NCBI GenBank assembly: GCA_052386895.1
Contig: JBQTJR010000020.1
Location: 17,481-81,480, forward strand
Direction: 5' to 3'
DNA length: 64,000 bases
Source of the DNA: Sphingosinicella sp.
Lineage (GTDB): Bacteria; Pseudomonadota; Alphaproteobacteria; Sphingomonadales; Sphingomonadaceae
A program made the position numbers and the translations under genes. The first letter of the stretch is position 1; every line of letters begins with the position of its first letter. The notes beneath the pieces were generated by a model. That model made no database searches. It saw nothing but the letters and a program-made list of their open reading frames with translations, and was not told the origin of the DNA. Of this stretch, positions 40,023 through 53,683 are shown in pieces.

Positions 40023-40829
40023 ATGACCGATCTTAACCTCTGCCGTTCGCTGCTGTTCGTTCCCGCTTCGAACGATCGCGCCCTGCAGAAGGCGCGCGAG
40101 CTGGACGCCGACCTGATCGTCATCGACCTCGAAGACTCGGTAACGGACACGGACAAGCCGGCGGCGCGGGAGGCGGCGATCGCGGCCTCGAGCGAGGGCT
40201 ATGGCGGCCGTCCGGTAGCGCTGCGGGTCAACCGCACCAATTCGCCCTATTACGGCGAAGATGTCGTCGCCGCCCGCCGGGCCGGGGTCGATTACATTGT
40301 CTTGCCCAAGGCGGAGAGTGCGAAGCAGGCGGCCGACTGTTGCTGGCTTTTGGGCAAGCCGGTGATGGCGATGATCGAAACACCGCGCGGCGTGATCGAG
40401 GCGGCAGCTATTGCGCCGGCGGCACGGGCATTGATCGCTGGTACCAACGACCTCGCGGTTTCGCTCGGCCTGCCGCTTGATTCGGATCGACGTGGCTTGG
40501 TCTATGCCTTGCAACGGATCGTGCTGGCGGCGAAGGCGGCCGGCATGCCGGCCTTCGATGGCGTCTATAACCGGCTGGAGGCGGATCAGGGGCTGGAAGC
40601 GCAATGCGAGGAAGGGAGCGGATTTGGTTTCGATGGCAAGTGCGTAATCCATCCAAGCCAGATCGATACCGTCAACCGCTTGTTCTCTCCCAATGACGAG
40701 GAGGTTGCGGCGGCGAAGCGTCTAATCGCGGCCGCCACCGGCGGCGCCGAGCGCCACGAAGGGCAGATGATCGAAGCCCTGCACGTGGAGCAGGCGCGCA
40801 CGTTGCTGGCCAAGGCCCGCGCCGGCTAG
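40023..40829 (+). CDS. CitE/HpcH-family CoA ester lyase
   Basis: RSLLFVPAS, DLEDSV, MIETPRG, GFDGKCVIHPSQI. Confidence 0.92.
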   Translation: MTDLNLCRSLLFVPASNDRALQKARELDADLIVIDLEDSVTDTDKPAAREAAIAASSEGYGGRPVALRVNRTNSPYYGEDVVAARRAGVDYIVLPKAESAKQAADCCWLLGKPVMAMIETPRGVIEAAAIAPAARALIAGTNDLAVSLGLPLDSDRRGLVYALQRIVLAAKAAGMPAFDGVYNRLEADQGLEAQCEEGSGFGFDGKCVIHPSQIDTVNRLFSPNDEEVAAAKRLIAAATGGAERHEGQMIEALHVEQARTLLAKARAG

Positions 40830-40878
40830 CCACATCCCGACCGCTTGCCAGCCATAATCGGGCTCCCTAAGCAGCGCC

Positions 40879-43844
<2,966 letters not shown>

Positions 43845-43853
43845 GACAAGAGG

Positions 43854-45035
43854 GTGACCCCTTCGGCGCGCGCGCAGGCGGCGATCGAATTACTCGACGC
43901 AATCCTCGTTGCTGCCTGCTCCGGCGGCGCCGCGGCCGATGCCGTCATAGCGGACTATTTCAGAAACCGCCGCTTTGCCGGTTCGGGCGACCGACGCGCC
44001 ATTCGCGACCTGGTCTATCGCGCGATTCGGCGCGGCGGCGAGCGGCCGCCGAGCGGGCGTGCCGCCTTGCTCGGCCTAGCCCGCGACGATCCGGCGATCG
44101 AGAAACTGTTCGACGGTTCGCGCTACGGGCCCGCACCTGAGCTCGCGGATGAGCCGGTTGCGGCCGCGGCAATTATGCCAGCCTGGCTCCGCGAACTTTT
44201 TGACCCGTTGATCGGTGACGATGAACTGTCCGCCTTGCTCGATCGTGCGTCGCTCGACCTCCGGGTGAACCGGCTAATGGCTGCGCGCGACTCCGTGCTT
44301 CGCGAGCTGCAAGACGTTCAGCCGACACCGCACTCGCCGATCGGTCTGCGGCTGTGCGAACCGCGGCCAGTCGAGCGCGAGCCGGCGTGGCAAGAGGGAA
44401 AAGTAGAGATTCAGGACGAGGGCAGCCAACTCGTCAGCCTGGCCTGCGAGGCCGCGCCCGAGCAGCAGGTCATCGACCTGTGCGCCGGTGCTGGCGGCAA
44501 GGCGCTCGCACTGGCGGCCGAAATGGGCAATCGCGGCTTGATCCTGGCCTGCGATTCTGACCCGGCCCGGTTAGCGCGGATGCGGCCTCGATTGCGGCGC
44601 GCCGGCGTGACGATCGTCGACATCTTGCCGCTGGTTGCCGGTCAGGAAGAAGCGCCGCTATCACACTGGGCGGGTCTTGCCGATCTGGTGCTGGTCGATG
44701 CCCCTTGCTCCGGCTCCGGGACCTGGCGCCGTAACCCCGAGGGTCGCTGGCGAATCACGCCGGATCGCCTTGATCATTTCACCAGTCTGCAGCGCCGGCT
44801 GCTCGACCTGGGAGCTAGCCTGGTCCGGCCTCGGGGCCGGCTGGTCTATGCCGTCTGCTCGCTATTGGTGACTGAAGGGCGGAAGCAGGCTGTCGACTTC
44901 ACTGTCCGTTCATCGTGGATCGAAGATCGGGTGCCGCTCCCGGCAGGACGGAATGCCGGTCCGGGCCGCCTGTTGAGCCCGGGTCGGGACGGTACCGACG
45001 GCTTTTTCGTCGCGCGCTGGCGCCCGCCGTGCTAG
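43854..45035 (+). CDS. RsmB/NOP family RNA m5C methyltransferase
   Basis: QDEGSQ, DLCAGAGGK, DAPCSGSGTWRRNP, YAVCS. Confidence 0.93.
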   Translation: MTPSARAQAAIELLDAILVAACSGGAAADAVIADYFRNRRFAGSGDRRAIRDLVYRAIRRGGERPPSGRAALLGLARDDPAIEKLFDGSRYGPAPELADEPVAAAAIMPAWLRELFDPLIGDDELSALLDRASLDLRVNRLMAARDSVLRELQDVQPTPHSPIGLRLCEPRPVEREPAWQEGKVEIQDEGSQLVSLACEAAPEQQVIDLCAGAGGKALALAAEMGNRGLILACDSDPARLARMRPRLRRAGVTIVDILPLVAGQEEAPLSHWAGLADLVLVDAPCSGSGTWRRNPEGRWRITPDRLDHFTSLQRRLLDLGASLVRPRGRLVYAVCSLLVTEGRKQAVDFTVRSSWIEDRVPLPAGRNAGPGRLLSPGRDGTDGFFVARWRPPC

Positions 45036-45067
45036 TTCCACCGCGAAGCCCTTCGATGGAGTATTTG

Positions 45068-45589
45068 ATGCGTATCACCCCTATTGCCCTGGCGGTTGCT
45101 CTCGCGGCCGCAACCATGGCGAGCAGTAGCCTCGGCCAGAGGCCTGACGACCAGATCGATCCGCGCTCGGTCGAACTTGTGACCGAAGCTCAGCGGCTGA
45201 GCGCGACTGGCCATCACGATCAGGCGATGGACCTGCTCGAAACCGCATTGGCGGTCGATCCGCGCAATCGCCCCGCTTACATAGCCCTCGGCCGCGAAGC
45301 GCAGTTGCAGCGCATGCCGGGCAAGGCGATCCGTTTTTATGCGCAGGCCCTGAGGCTCGAGCCGAACGATCTCAACGCCCTGCGCGGCCAGGGCGAAGCG
45401 TTCGTGCAGCGCGGTGCGATCGATCGCGCGCGCGTCAACCTGGTGCGATTGCGATCGCTTTGCGGCCAGGCTTGTCCGCAGGCACAGCAGCTGTCGGTCG
45501 TGATCGAACGCGGGCCGCCGCCGGAGCTGCTTGCAGCGCAACGCCCGGAGCAAGGCGCGCCACAGGCGCCGCCACCGCAACCCAATTAG
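45068..45589 (+). CDS. Secreted TPR protein
   Basis: Signal peptide; TPR repeats ETALAVDPRN and ALRLEPNDLNAL; GGAG RBS. Confidence 0.85.
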   Translation: MRITPIALAVALAAATMASSSLGQRPDDQIDPRSVELVTEAQRLSATGHHDQAMDLLETALAVDPRNRPAYIALGREAQLQRMPGKAIRFYAQALRLEPNDLNALRGQGEAFVQRGAIDRARVNLVRLRSLCGQACPQAQQLSVVIERGPPPELLAAQRPEQGAPQAPPPQPN

Positions 45590-46416
45590 GCTTGGGTCTG
45601 GGCGGGCAGCCTACGCGCCAGCCTGACGAAATCTTCGACGCTTAGAGTCTCGGCGCGCCGCTCGGGATCAATTCCAAGCTGCGCCAGCGCTTCGAGCGCA
45701 CCGGGCAGAGCCTGGAGCGAACGGCGCATCATCTTGCGCCGCTGGCCAAAGGCTGCCGCGGTAAGTCGCTCGATCGACGCGGCGTCGACACCCGCAGGTT
45801 GCTCGATCGATTCGATGCGAACCAACGCCGACATTACCTTGGGTGGCGGCACGAATGCCGAGCGATGAATCTTCATCAGTAATCGGGGCCGTGAGCGCCA
45901 TTGGGAGAGAACAGCCAGGCGGCCGTAATCACGCGTGCCGGGGATCGCCACGATCCGCCGCGCTACCTCCAACTGGAACATCAGGGTTAGCGACTGCCAC
46001 CAGGGCGGCCAGTGGCTCCCGCTTAGCCAGCGAACCAACAACGGTGTCGCTATGTTGTAAGGCAAGTTGGCGACGACGTTGGCTGGCCCGATTGCCTGCG
46101 GCTCATCGACGCCAAGCGCATCACCTTCGATGATACTTAGACGACCGGGGCAGGAGGCGGCCAGTTCCCGTAGAGGTTCGAGAAAGCGCGTATCACGCTC
46201 CACCACGGTCACCGCTGCACCGGCGCGTAGCAGGGCGCGTGTAAGCCCGCCGGGGCCGGGTCCGACCTCGTAGACGCGTTGCTGGTCGGGCGGACCGGCA
46301 GCGCGAACAATGCGATCGAGCAGTTGCTCGTCGAGGATGAAATTTTGACCTAGCGCCCTGGCGGCCGAGAGCCCGTGGCGAGCGATCACCTCCCTCAGCG
46401 GCGGCAAGGAGTCCAC
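45586..46416 (-). CDS. rsmA: 16S rRNA dimethyltransferase
   Basis: LGQNFILD, EVGPGPGGLT, ANLPYNI, FVPPPKVMS. Confidence 0.96.
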   Translation of the reverse strand: MDSLPPLREVIARHGLSAARALGQNFILDEQLLDRIVRAAGPPDQQRVYEVGPGPGGLTRALLRAGAAVTVVERDTRFLEPLRELAASCPGRLSIIEGDALGVDEPQAIGPANVVANLPYNIATPLLVRWLSGSHWPPWWQSLTLMFQLEVARRIVAIPGTRDYGRLAVLSQWRSRPRLLMKIHRSAFVPPPKVMSALVRIESIEQPAGVDAASIERLTAAAFGQRRKMMRRSLQALPGALEALAQLGIDPERRAETLSVEDFVRLARRLPAQTQA

Positions 46417-46417
46417 C

Positions 46418-47413
46418 TCACGCGGCCGCGAGCCGCCGGGCACATTCTCCCGCGGTGCGGATAGCGGCGATCATGGCACGAGGATCGGCTACATTGCGGC
46501 CGGCAATGTCGAAGGCGGTGCCATGGTCAGGCGAGGTGCGGACGATCGGCAACCCCAAGGTGACGTTGATTCCCTCCTCGAAATGCAGCGCCTTGAGAGG
46601 GATTAAGCCCTGGTCGTGGTACATGCACAAGGCGGCATCGTAGCCGCGCCGCCGCGCGGTGTTGAACATGACGTCGGGCGGATGCGGGCCGCTGACCTCA
46701 TGGCCTTCGTCTTGCAATCGCTCGATCGCCGGCTCGATGATCTCGATCTCTTCGCGGCCGAGCGCGCCCTGCTCGCCGGCATGAGGATTAAGACCGGCGA
46801 CCGCAAGCCGTGGCTGCTCGATTCCGAACTGACGTTGCAGGCCCCTGATCGCCGCCTTTGCCTTGGCGACGATGAGATCGGTGGTCAGACGTTCGATAAC
46901 TTCGCGCAGCGGGATATGGGTGGTGACCGGAATCACCCTCAGGGTCGGGCCGGCCAGCATCATCGCGATCAGCTCGGAGGCAACCCCGCAGCGTTCGGCG
47001 ACGAACTCGGTCTGGCCCGGATGGGTAAAGCCTACCATGTAGAGGCGGGCCTTCGAGACCGGCCCGGTGACCAGAGCAGCAGCGGTGCCGGAGCGCGCCA
47101 GGCCGACCGCGAGCTCGAGCGCATCGAGTGAATTGCGCGCTGCAACCGCCTCTTCATTGGCGGCCGTGCCGGGCGCTTCCGCGACGCGGATCAGCGGCAA
47201 TGCCTTGTCAAAAACGAATTCGGCCTCGGCCGGTTGGCCGATTACAGCAACCGGACCGTTGCAGACGGCGTTGAGCGCGCGCTCATTGCCTACCGCAAAA
47301 AAAATAGGCAGTCGCTCTGTGCGGCGCCTCTCCCAGCTCCTTGCAACGACTTCCGGCCCGATCCCGGCCGGATCCCCGAGTGAAACTGCGAGTGGGGCGA
47401 TATCAGCGATAAT
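46418..47413 (-). CDS. pdxA: 4-hydroxythreonine-4-phosphate dehydrogenase (start codon apparently non-canonical)
   Basis: Hand translation extends the ORF upstream to APLAVSLGDPAGIGPEVV; also NPHAGE, YHDQGLIP, RTSPDHGTAFDIAG. Confidence 0.93.
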   Translation of the reverse strand: MIADIAPLAVSLGDPAGIGPEVVARSWERRRTERLPIFFAVGNERALNAVCNGPVAVIGQPAEAEFVFDKALPLIRVAEAPGTAANEEAVAARNSLDALELAVGLARSGTAAALVTGPVSKARLYMVGFTHPGQTEFVAERCGVASELIAMMLAGPTLRVIPVTTHIPLREVIERLTTDLIVAKAKAAIRGLQRQFGIEQPRLAVAGLNPHAGEQGALGREEIEIIEPAIERLQDEGHEVSGPHPPDVMFNTARRRGYDAALCMYHDQGLIPLKALHFEEGINVTLGLPIVRTSPDHGTAFDIAGRNVADPRAMIAAIRTAGECARRLAAA

Positions 47414-48716
47414 CGATCACCGCGTCGCGGCGCAGGTCTCGCAGGAAGCGCTGGGCGCGGCGATTAACCCGCTCTTCGCGCAGGCGCTCCTCGATCTCTT
47501 GAGGGGTTGGTAGCGAAGCCTGCTGCGGATCATCGCGACCGCACAGGACGAGAACGCTGACGCGCTCGCTAGAACCAAAGGGCGGTGTCGCCTGACCGAC
47601 GTTGAGGCCCAGCAAAAGCTGTTGCAGCTGCTGCGGCAGATCGCGCACTGGCACCTGATCGTTGGAGATCAGCTCGGCACCGATCGAGGTCGCGACTTCC
47701 TGGGCGCGGCCGCAACCGCCCATCGCCCGGGTTGCTGCCTCCAGTTGGCGGGCGCGTGCCTGCGCTTGTGCTTCGCTGGTTCCGGCCGCCATTGCGATCG
47801 AGAGCTGCATCAAGCTGAGCTGCGCATCACGTGGATCGGCGGTGAGGATTTGGCGGGAGTCTGCAAGCAGCACGATCGAGTAGCCGCCGGGAACCTCGAT
47901 CGGTTCGCTGATCGTACTGGCCGGCATACGCGTCACCATTGCCGCGAGCTCGGGCGGCAATTGCTCCGCGCGAACCCAGCCGAGATCGCCACCTAAGGCC
48001 GCGGTCGAGGCTTCGGAAAACTGGCGGGCATAAGCAGCGAACGAGGCGCCTGCGCGGATTTGCTGGACTATGCGAGCCGCATTGGCCCGCGCCTCGGCTG
48101 CGGTTTCCGGTGTCGCCGAGATGAAGATTTCGGCGACGCGATATTCGGCGGTACCGCGCGAGGCGTTCAAGCGCGTGAGGATCGCATCGACCTCATCGTC
48201 GCCGACCGTGACGAACGGCTCGATCCAGCGGCCGCGCAAGCGCGCCCAGGCAATCTCGCCGCGGATCTGGCGCTTTAGCGAACGTTCCGAGGAACCGATC
48301 GCCCTCAGCTGGGTGACAAAGACCTGCGGTGTACGGCCGAAGCTCTGGGCGAAGCGCTCAAAATACTGGTTCACCTCGGCGTCCTCGACGGAAATTTCTT
48401 CCTCTGTCGCCGCTTGGATCTGGAGGGTTTCGTCGATCAGATTGCGCAACACCTGCGCCCGTACTCGCTGCACCTCCTCGGGCGGCAGCGTGATCCGATT
48501 CGAAGCCAGCAACAAAGCGAGTCGGTGGTCGATGTCGCTCTCGGTGATCACCTCGCCGTTGACGATGGCGGTCGCCTTGCGCACGCCGGTGTCCTGTCGC
48601 CCGACGAACTGCACGTCGGACGGTATCTGCAGGCGTGTTGTCTGCGCTGCGGCAACGCAGGAGAGCAGGGCGGCACTCAACGCCATCGCCGCCCTGGAAT
48701 ACCTACCAAGCTTCAT
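47403..48716 (-). CDS. surA: Periplasmic chaperone / PPIase SurA
   Basis: Signal peptide, VNGEVIT, parvulin FAAYARQFS...GGDLGW; lies between lptD and pdxA. Confidence 0.92.
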   Translation of the reverse strand: MKLGRYSRAAMALSAALLSCVAAAQTTRLQIPSDVQFVGRQDTGVRKATAIVNGEVITESDIDHRLALLLASNRITLPPEEVQRVRAQVLRNLIDETLQIQAATEEEISVEDAEVNQYFERFAQSFGRTPQVFVTQLRAIGSSERSLKRQIRGEIAWARLRGRWIEPFVTVGDDEVDAILTRLNASRGTAEYRVAEIFISATPETAAEARANAARIVQQIRAGASFAAYARQFSEASTAALGGDLGWVRAEQLPPELAAMVTRMPASTISEPIEVPGGYSIVLLADSRQILTADPRDAQLSLMQLSIAMAAGTSEAQAQARARQLEAATRAMGGCGRAQEVATSIGAELISNDQVPVRDLPQQLQQLLLGLNVGQATPPFGSSERVSVLVLCGRDDPQQASLPTPQEIEERLREERVNRRAQRFLRDLRRDAVIDYR

Positions 48717-48771
48717 CATTCCTCCGAAAAAGGCAGGCAATAAACCTGCAATATCATGGCTGAACCGCAGC

Positions 48772-50982
48772 TTAGCGGCCCAAATTGCGCAGGGCTACGC
48801 GTATCAGGAAGGTGTTGCCCCTCCGCGCGTCCCCGGTCGCTTCATAGTCGCGCCGCCAAGTGACGCCAAGCTCGATACAATCATCGTCATAGAGGATGCC
48901 GAGGCGGTGCCGGACCGGCGCGAATCCGTCAGACAGCGACAGGGGATCCTCGCGGTGGCTGGTCAGGTCGACAACCGCCGAACCGAAGATCGACCAGTAG
49001 CGGGCGAATTGCAGTCGCCCACCAAAACGAACTTCCTCGCGATCGCGCAGATCCTCGAAACTAGGCGTAATGTCCCGGTCGAGGCGCAGATAACCGGCGG
49101 TGGCGTAGGTGCGCCGGCTGCCGACGGTTGCGTCGATCTCGTTGCGGCGGATGGCCAGATTGTCCTTATCGAGCCGGAACCGGTGGACCAGGCTGATCCT
49201 GCGGCCCACTCGCAGAGTCGTGCGTCCGACGAAGTCCGAAAACCGGTCGGAAAGGCCGGTGCCGGGCGGCACCAACGGCGTGTCCTGGTCGATCCGGTAG
49301 CTCTGGCCGATATTGGTGCGGATCGAAAGGCCGCGCCGGTCTAAGGCCCAATCCGCTCCGTAGGTGAGGCGGACGCCTTCTTCCCAGCGGTCGTAACCCG
49401 GAAAGCGGTTGAGGGCGAAAAGGCTAGAATCCTCGAGCTCGACCGCGCGCGCATCTTCGTTGGGGATATCTAGATTTGCACTTGCATGCGAGGCCACCAG
49501 CTGAATTCGCGGTGTAAGACGTTGGAAGCCGTCGAACAGGGAGCCGATCAGCGGCCAACGCAAGTCGGCCGCGGCCGCGGCAATGAATCGGCCGTTCCAC
49601 CCTTCTTCGCCGCGATAGGCCGGCACCGGATTCAGCAGAACGTCCGAGGCATTATAGAGGTCGGTGCGAACGAAGGCGGTCAGCACCAGTTCCTGGCCGA
49701 GCGGGGTTAGGTCACGCCGCTCGTAGCGCACACTGGCAAAGGCGCGCTGGGTATCCTGGCCCTCGGTCCGAAACAGCGCGAGACTATTGGCGCGCAATTC
49801 GATGTGTCCGCCAGCCATGTCGTCCAGGCGCCAACGGGCATCAATCGCCGGCAGCAGGATCGGCTGCTGACCATTGCGGTCGGTTGGCCGCAGCCCCTGG
49901 AAGGCCCAGCCGGCAACCGAAATGTAGCTATTGTTCGCCAATCTCTCGACATCGACGAATGAGCGTAACCGGTCGTCACGCGAAATGTCGTATCTGCGCA
50001 GAAACGTTCGATCGCTGGTATAGCGGCCCGCGGCGGTTAATCTCCAATTGGGGTCAAGCTGGAAGCGGCCATTGCCTTCCAGATAGGCGCGTAATCGCCT
50101 TTCGCCGAGCACGGGCGGTGCCCCTGGTGGGCCGGTCAGCCGGGGCGAGCCACTGGTGACAAAACCGGCGAGCCGTAAGGCGCCGAGACCGCTGACCTGG
50201 CGGTATTCCATCTCGAGCATAGGCAACACCTCGGTGTAGAGGTGAGGTGTCACGGCCAGGTCGCGGTTGGGCGAGAGCCGCCAATAATAAGGCAGACTGA
50301 GCTCTAGTCCGTTGCTGCGCGTGAAACGGAGATCAGGAACAAGGAACCCGCTGCCGCCCTCGCCGCTGCCATCTGGATGGGAAAGGCCGGGAAGGGCGAT
50401 GATCGGTAGGCCCAGAAAATTCAGCCGTGCGCCGCGATAGCTGATCCGGCGGCGGCGCTGGTCATGAACTACCCGCACCGCCGCGATCGACCAGGTCGGT
50501 TCGCGCGGGCAACCATGGGCGTCGGTCACTGCGCAGGGAGTGTACGCGGCCTGCTCGAGGGTGGTGATGCCGTCGTCGCGTCGCGCCCGCGCGGCGGCAA
50601 GCCGGCTTTCATCTTCGAGGATGAGCAGCATGTTCTCGACCACGCCGTCGCGGAGATTGTCCTCGAGAACCACGCTGTCCGCGTAAGCGGTGTCACCGCC
50701 GGGACTGATCAGCCGGACGTTGCCTGACGCCGCCACCTCGCCGCTGACCCGATTCCAGCTGACGCTGTCGGCGCGTAGATGATAACCCTCGCGCGAAACG
50801 CGGACATCGCCGAGCGCGGTAACCGTCTCGACGCTCTCCTCATATGCGAGCTGATCGGCGCTGAATTCGATAGGGCTTGAGGCATCGCCGGCCGGCGCAT
50901 TCTCTTGCGCCAGGGCCATCGCGGGTTGTGCCAGCAGCAGCAGCGGGAGCGCGGTCTGGCAGATCAGTCGGAAGGTGGTCAC
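48772..50982 (-). CDS. lptD: LptD outer-membrane assembly protein
   Basis: OstA-like N-domain, YTPC..PTW, SGFLVP, PNEDA, NRFPGYDRWE, YDDDC. Start GTG 50982. Confidence 0.93.
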   Translation of the reverse strand: MTTFRLICQTALPLLLLAQPAMALAQENAPAGDASSPIEFSADQLAYEESVETVTALGDVRVSREGYHLRADSVSWNRVSGEVAASGNVRLISPGGDTAYADSVVLEDNLRDGVVENMLLILEDESRLAAARARRDDGITTLEQAAYTPCAVTDAHGCPREPTWSIAAVRVVHDQRRRRISYRGARLNFLGLPIIALPGLSHPDGSGEGGSGFLVPDLRFTRSNGLELSLPYYWRLSPNRDLAVTPHLYTEVLPMLEMEYRQVSGLGALRLAGFVTSGSPRLTGPPGAPPVLGERRLRAYLEGNGRFQLDPNWRLTAAGRYTSDRTFLRRYDISRDDRLRSFVDVERLANNSYISVAGWAFQGLRPTDRNGQQPILLPAIDARWRLDDMAGGHIELRANSLALFRTEGQDTQRAFASVRYERRDLTPLGQELVLTAFVRTDLYNASDVLLNPVPAYRGEEGWNGRFIAAAAADLRWPLIGSLFDGFQRLTPRIQLVASHASANLDIPNEDARAVELEDSSLFALNRFPGYDRWEEGVRLTYGADWALDRRGLSIRTNIGQSYRIDQDTPLVPPGTGLSDRFSDFVGRTTLRVGRRISLVHRFRLDKDNLAIRRNEIDATVGSRRTYATAGYLRLDRDITPSFEDLRDREEVRFGGRLQFARYWSIFGSAVVDLTSHREDPLSLSDGFAPVRHRLGILYDDDCIELGVTWRRDYEATGDARRGNTFLIRVALRNLGR

Positions 50983-51115
50983 AAGTCCCGGCGGCGCCCC
51001 GCTATCCTCTGGTCGGGCAGCTTCGCTCGAGGCTTGTCCCGCGCCCGCCGGGCTATTGCACCTGAACCTTTCGCCTGCAATGGCGGCGACCGCCTCGCCC
51101 AAGGAGAGAGACCGA

Positions 51116-52591
51116 GTGATCAAGGTGAGTTTCGCGAGCAAGCGGCCGCAAGGCGTCTATGCGCTCGTGATACCCGTGCGCAGCGAGGACATGCTCAACG
51201 AGCGGCTGGCGGGTCTATCCGAGCCGGCCCGCGCGCTGGCGGTGCGCTCAGCTGATGCGCAACGCTTCGAGCGCGAAGTTGGAGCGATCGCGGAAACCTT
51301 TATCGAGGATGGCAAATTGCTGCGCCGGCTGCTGCTGGTCGGATATGGTGGCAAAAAGGAAGAACCGGCGGTCAACGAACGTGTTGGGGGTGCCCTAACG
51401 GCCAAGCTGTTGACCTCGGGCGAATCGCGCCTGGTGATCGACGCCGCCGGCCTCGATGCCAAGGCGGCGGTGGGTCTCGCGTTTGGCGCGGCCGCGCGGA
51501 GCTGGCGGCGAGACGTCTATCGCACTCGACTCGGGCGCAAGCAGAAGCCGACGCTGCAAGAGGTCGTCATCGTCGGCGCGGGAAAAGGTACGAGCGAGGC
51601 CTGGACCCGACGTGAAGCGGTACTCGCAGGCCTCGACCTGACCCGAACGCTGGTCAGCGACCCGCCCAACATTCTCTATCCGGAGACCTTCATCGAACGG
51701 TGCCGCGAGGCGATGCTCGGTCTCGCGGTTGACTTCGAAGTCCTCGACGAAAAGGCGATGCGCAAGCTCGGCATGGGCGCCCTGCTCGGCGTCGGCCAAG
51801 GATCGATTCGCCCGCCGCGGCTATTGGCTATGCGCTGGAGCGGCGGCAGCGCGTCCGCCAAGCCGGTCGCGTTGATCGGCAAGGGCATCACCTTTGATAC
51901 CGGCGGCATATCGATCAAGCCTGCTTTGGGCATGGAATCGATGAAATGGGACATGGGCGGCGCGGCTGCAGTTGCCGGTGCGATTAAGGCGCTCGCCAAC
52001 CGTCGTGCTAAGGCCAATGTCGTGGGCATTTGCGCGCTCGCCGAGAATATGCCTGACGGAAACGCTCAGCGGCCCAGCGACATCGTTACGTCGCTTTCCG
52101 GCCAGACGATCGAGGTCATCAACACCGATGCCGAAGGGCGGCTGGTGCTGGCCGACGCCATGACCTGGGCCCAGCGTCAGTTCAAGCCGAAGGTGATGGT
52201 CGACCTCGCCACACTGACCGGCGCGATGGTGATCAGCCTGGGCCATGAATATGCCGGCCTATTCGCCAATGACGACCGCCTCGCCGAGCAGTTGCTGCAA
52301 GCTGGCCTCGAGAGCGGCGACAAGCTGTGGCGGATGCCGATGGGCGAAGCCTATGACAAGATTATGGATTCGCCAATCGCCGACATGAAGAACAGTGCTG
52401 GCCGAGAGGGCGGCTCGATCACCGCCGCCTGCTTCCTCGGCCGTTTCGTCGAGGATGGCGTGAAATGGGCGCACCTCGACATTGCCGGCATGGCTTGGTC
52501 GGAAAAGGCCAGCCACCTGTACGACAAGGGCGCGACCGGTTTCGGCGTTGCCGTGCTCGAGCGTTTCATCGCCGACCACCACGAGGCGTGA
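51116..52591 (+). CDS. pepA: Leucyl aminopeptidase (M17)
   Basis: [37 protein letters not shown]. Confidence 0.95.
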   Translation: MIKVSFASKRPQGVYALVIPVRSEDMLNERLAGLSEPARALAVRSADAQRFEREVGAIAETFIEDGKLLRRLLLVGYGGKKEEPAVNERVGGALTAKLLTSGESRLVIDAAGLDAKAAVGLAFGAAARSWRRDVYRTRLGRKQKPTLQEVVIVGAGKGTSEAWTRREAVLAGLDLTRTLVSDPPNILYPETFIERCREAMLGLAVDFEVLDEKAMRKLGMGALLGVGQGSIRPPRLLAMRWSGGSASAKPVALIGKGITFDTGGISIKPALGMESMKWDMGGAAAVAGAIKALANRRAKANVVGICALAENMPDGNAQRPSDIVTSLSGQTIEVINTDAEGRLVLADAMTWAQRQFKPKVMVDLATLTGAMVISLGHEYAGLFANDDRLAEQLLQAGLESGDKLWRMPMGEAYDKIMDSPIADMKNSAGREGGSITAACFLGRFVEDGVKWAHLDIAGMAWSEKASHLYDKGATGFGVAVLERFIADHHEA

Positions 52592-52662
52592 CGGGGTTCA
52601 ATTTCCGCCGAGCGCGGCCTACGAGGCGCACACCTTCCATCAGCATCAGGAGCAAGGCCGCG

Positions 52663-53085
52663 ATGGCGACCGAGAGAACACTTTCAATCATCAAGCCTGA
52701 CGCGACCCGCCGCAACCTGACCGGTGCCATCACTAATATGCTGGAGGAAGCAGGTCTCAGGATCGTCGCCGCCAAGCGTATCCACTTGAGCAGGGATCAG
52801 GCGGAAGGCTTCTACGCGGTCCACCGCGAGCGTCCCTTTTTTCATGACTTGGTGCGGTTCATGACGTCGGGACCGGTTGTCGTTCAGGTGCTGGAGGGAG
52901 AAAATGCGGTCGCCCGCAATCGCGAGGTGATGGGAGCAACCAACCCCGCCGACGCCGCCGAGGATACCATCCGCAAGGTCTATGCAGAATCGATCGAGTC
53001 CAACAGCGTGCACGGTTCCGACAGCGCGGAGAATGCGAAAATCGAGGTCGATTTCTTCTTCGCGCCGGAGGAAATTACTGGCTAG
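52663..53085 (+). CDS. ndk: Nucleoside diphosphate kinase
   Basis: [25 protein letters not shown]. Confidence 0.97.
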   Translation: MATERTLSIIKPDATRRNLTGAITNMLEEAGLRIVAAKRIHLSRDQAEGFYAVHRERPFFHDLVRFMTSGPVVVQVLEGENAVARNREVMGATNPADAAEDTIRKVYAESIESNSVHGSDSAENAKIEVDFFFAPEEITG

Positions 53086-53683
53086 TCGGACTGCCAACAC
53101 GGCGCCGTAGCGTTTGACAATAGTTGTCGAGGGCGACCGGATACAGCTGGTGCTCGGCTTCCAGCACGCGCTTGGCGAGGCTCTCGGCATCGTCCCTGGG
53201 CAGAATACGGACCTCGGCCTTGCCGATAACAGGGCCGGAATCGAGTTCCGCCGTGACGACATGGACCGAGCAACCGGCATGTTCCTCGCCGGCCAGGAGC
53301 GCGCGCCGGTGAGTGTCCAGCCCCTTGTAGGCGGGCAGCAATGAGGGGTGGATGTTGAGGATGTGGCCGGCCCAGCGATCGACGAACTCGCAGGACAGAA
53401 GCCGCATATAGCCCGCCAGCGCGACCAGTTCGACCCCGTTCTCGATCAGCAGGCGATCGAGCATTCGGTCATAGTCCTCGCGAGCAAGCTCCTTGTGGCT
53501 GTGCGACCAGGTCTTCAACCCTAGGCGCCTGGCCAGTACCAGGCCCCGCGATTCCGGCACGTTGGAGGCGACCAGCACGATGTCATAGGCGCGATCTGGA
53601 TCGCGCCGGCGATGCTCTGCCAGGGCCAGCATGTTGGAGCCGCGCCCCGAGATAAGCACGGCAACGCGGACCCTTTCAGGCAT
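53075..53683 (-). CDS. purN: Phosphoribosylglycinamide formyltransferase
   Basis: [34 protein letters not shown]. Confidence 0.96.
   Translation of the reverse strand: MPERVRVAVLISGRGSNMLALAEHRRRDPDRAYDIVLVASNVPESRGLVLARRLGLKTWSHSHKELAREDYDRMLDRLLIENGVELVALAGYMRLLSCEFVDRWAGHILNIHPSLLPAYKGLDTHRRALLAGEEHAGCSVHVVTAELDSGPVIGKAEVRILPRDDAESLAKRVLEAEHQLYPVALDNYCQTLRRRVGSPTSQ

Noticed and set aside
47297-47304. A8 homopolymer in pdxA as a phase-variation tract
   Set aside because: Frame is intact (Ile-Phe-Phe), the tract is short and the gene is housekeeping.
48070-49344. 424-aa plus-strand ORF
   Set aside because: Antisense to surA/lptD; no recognisable domain.
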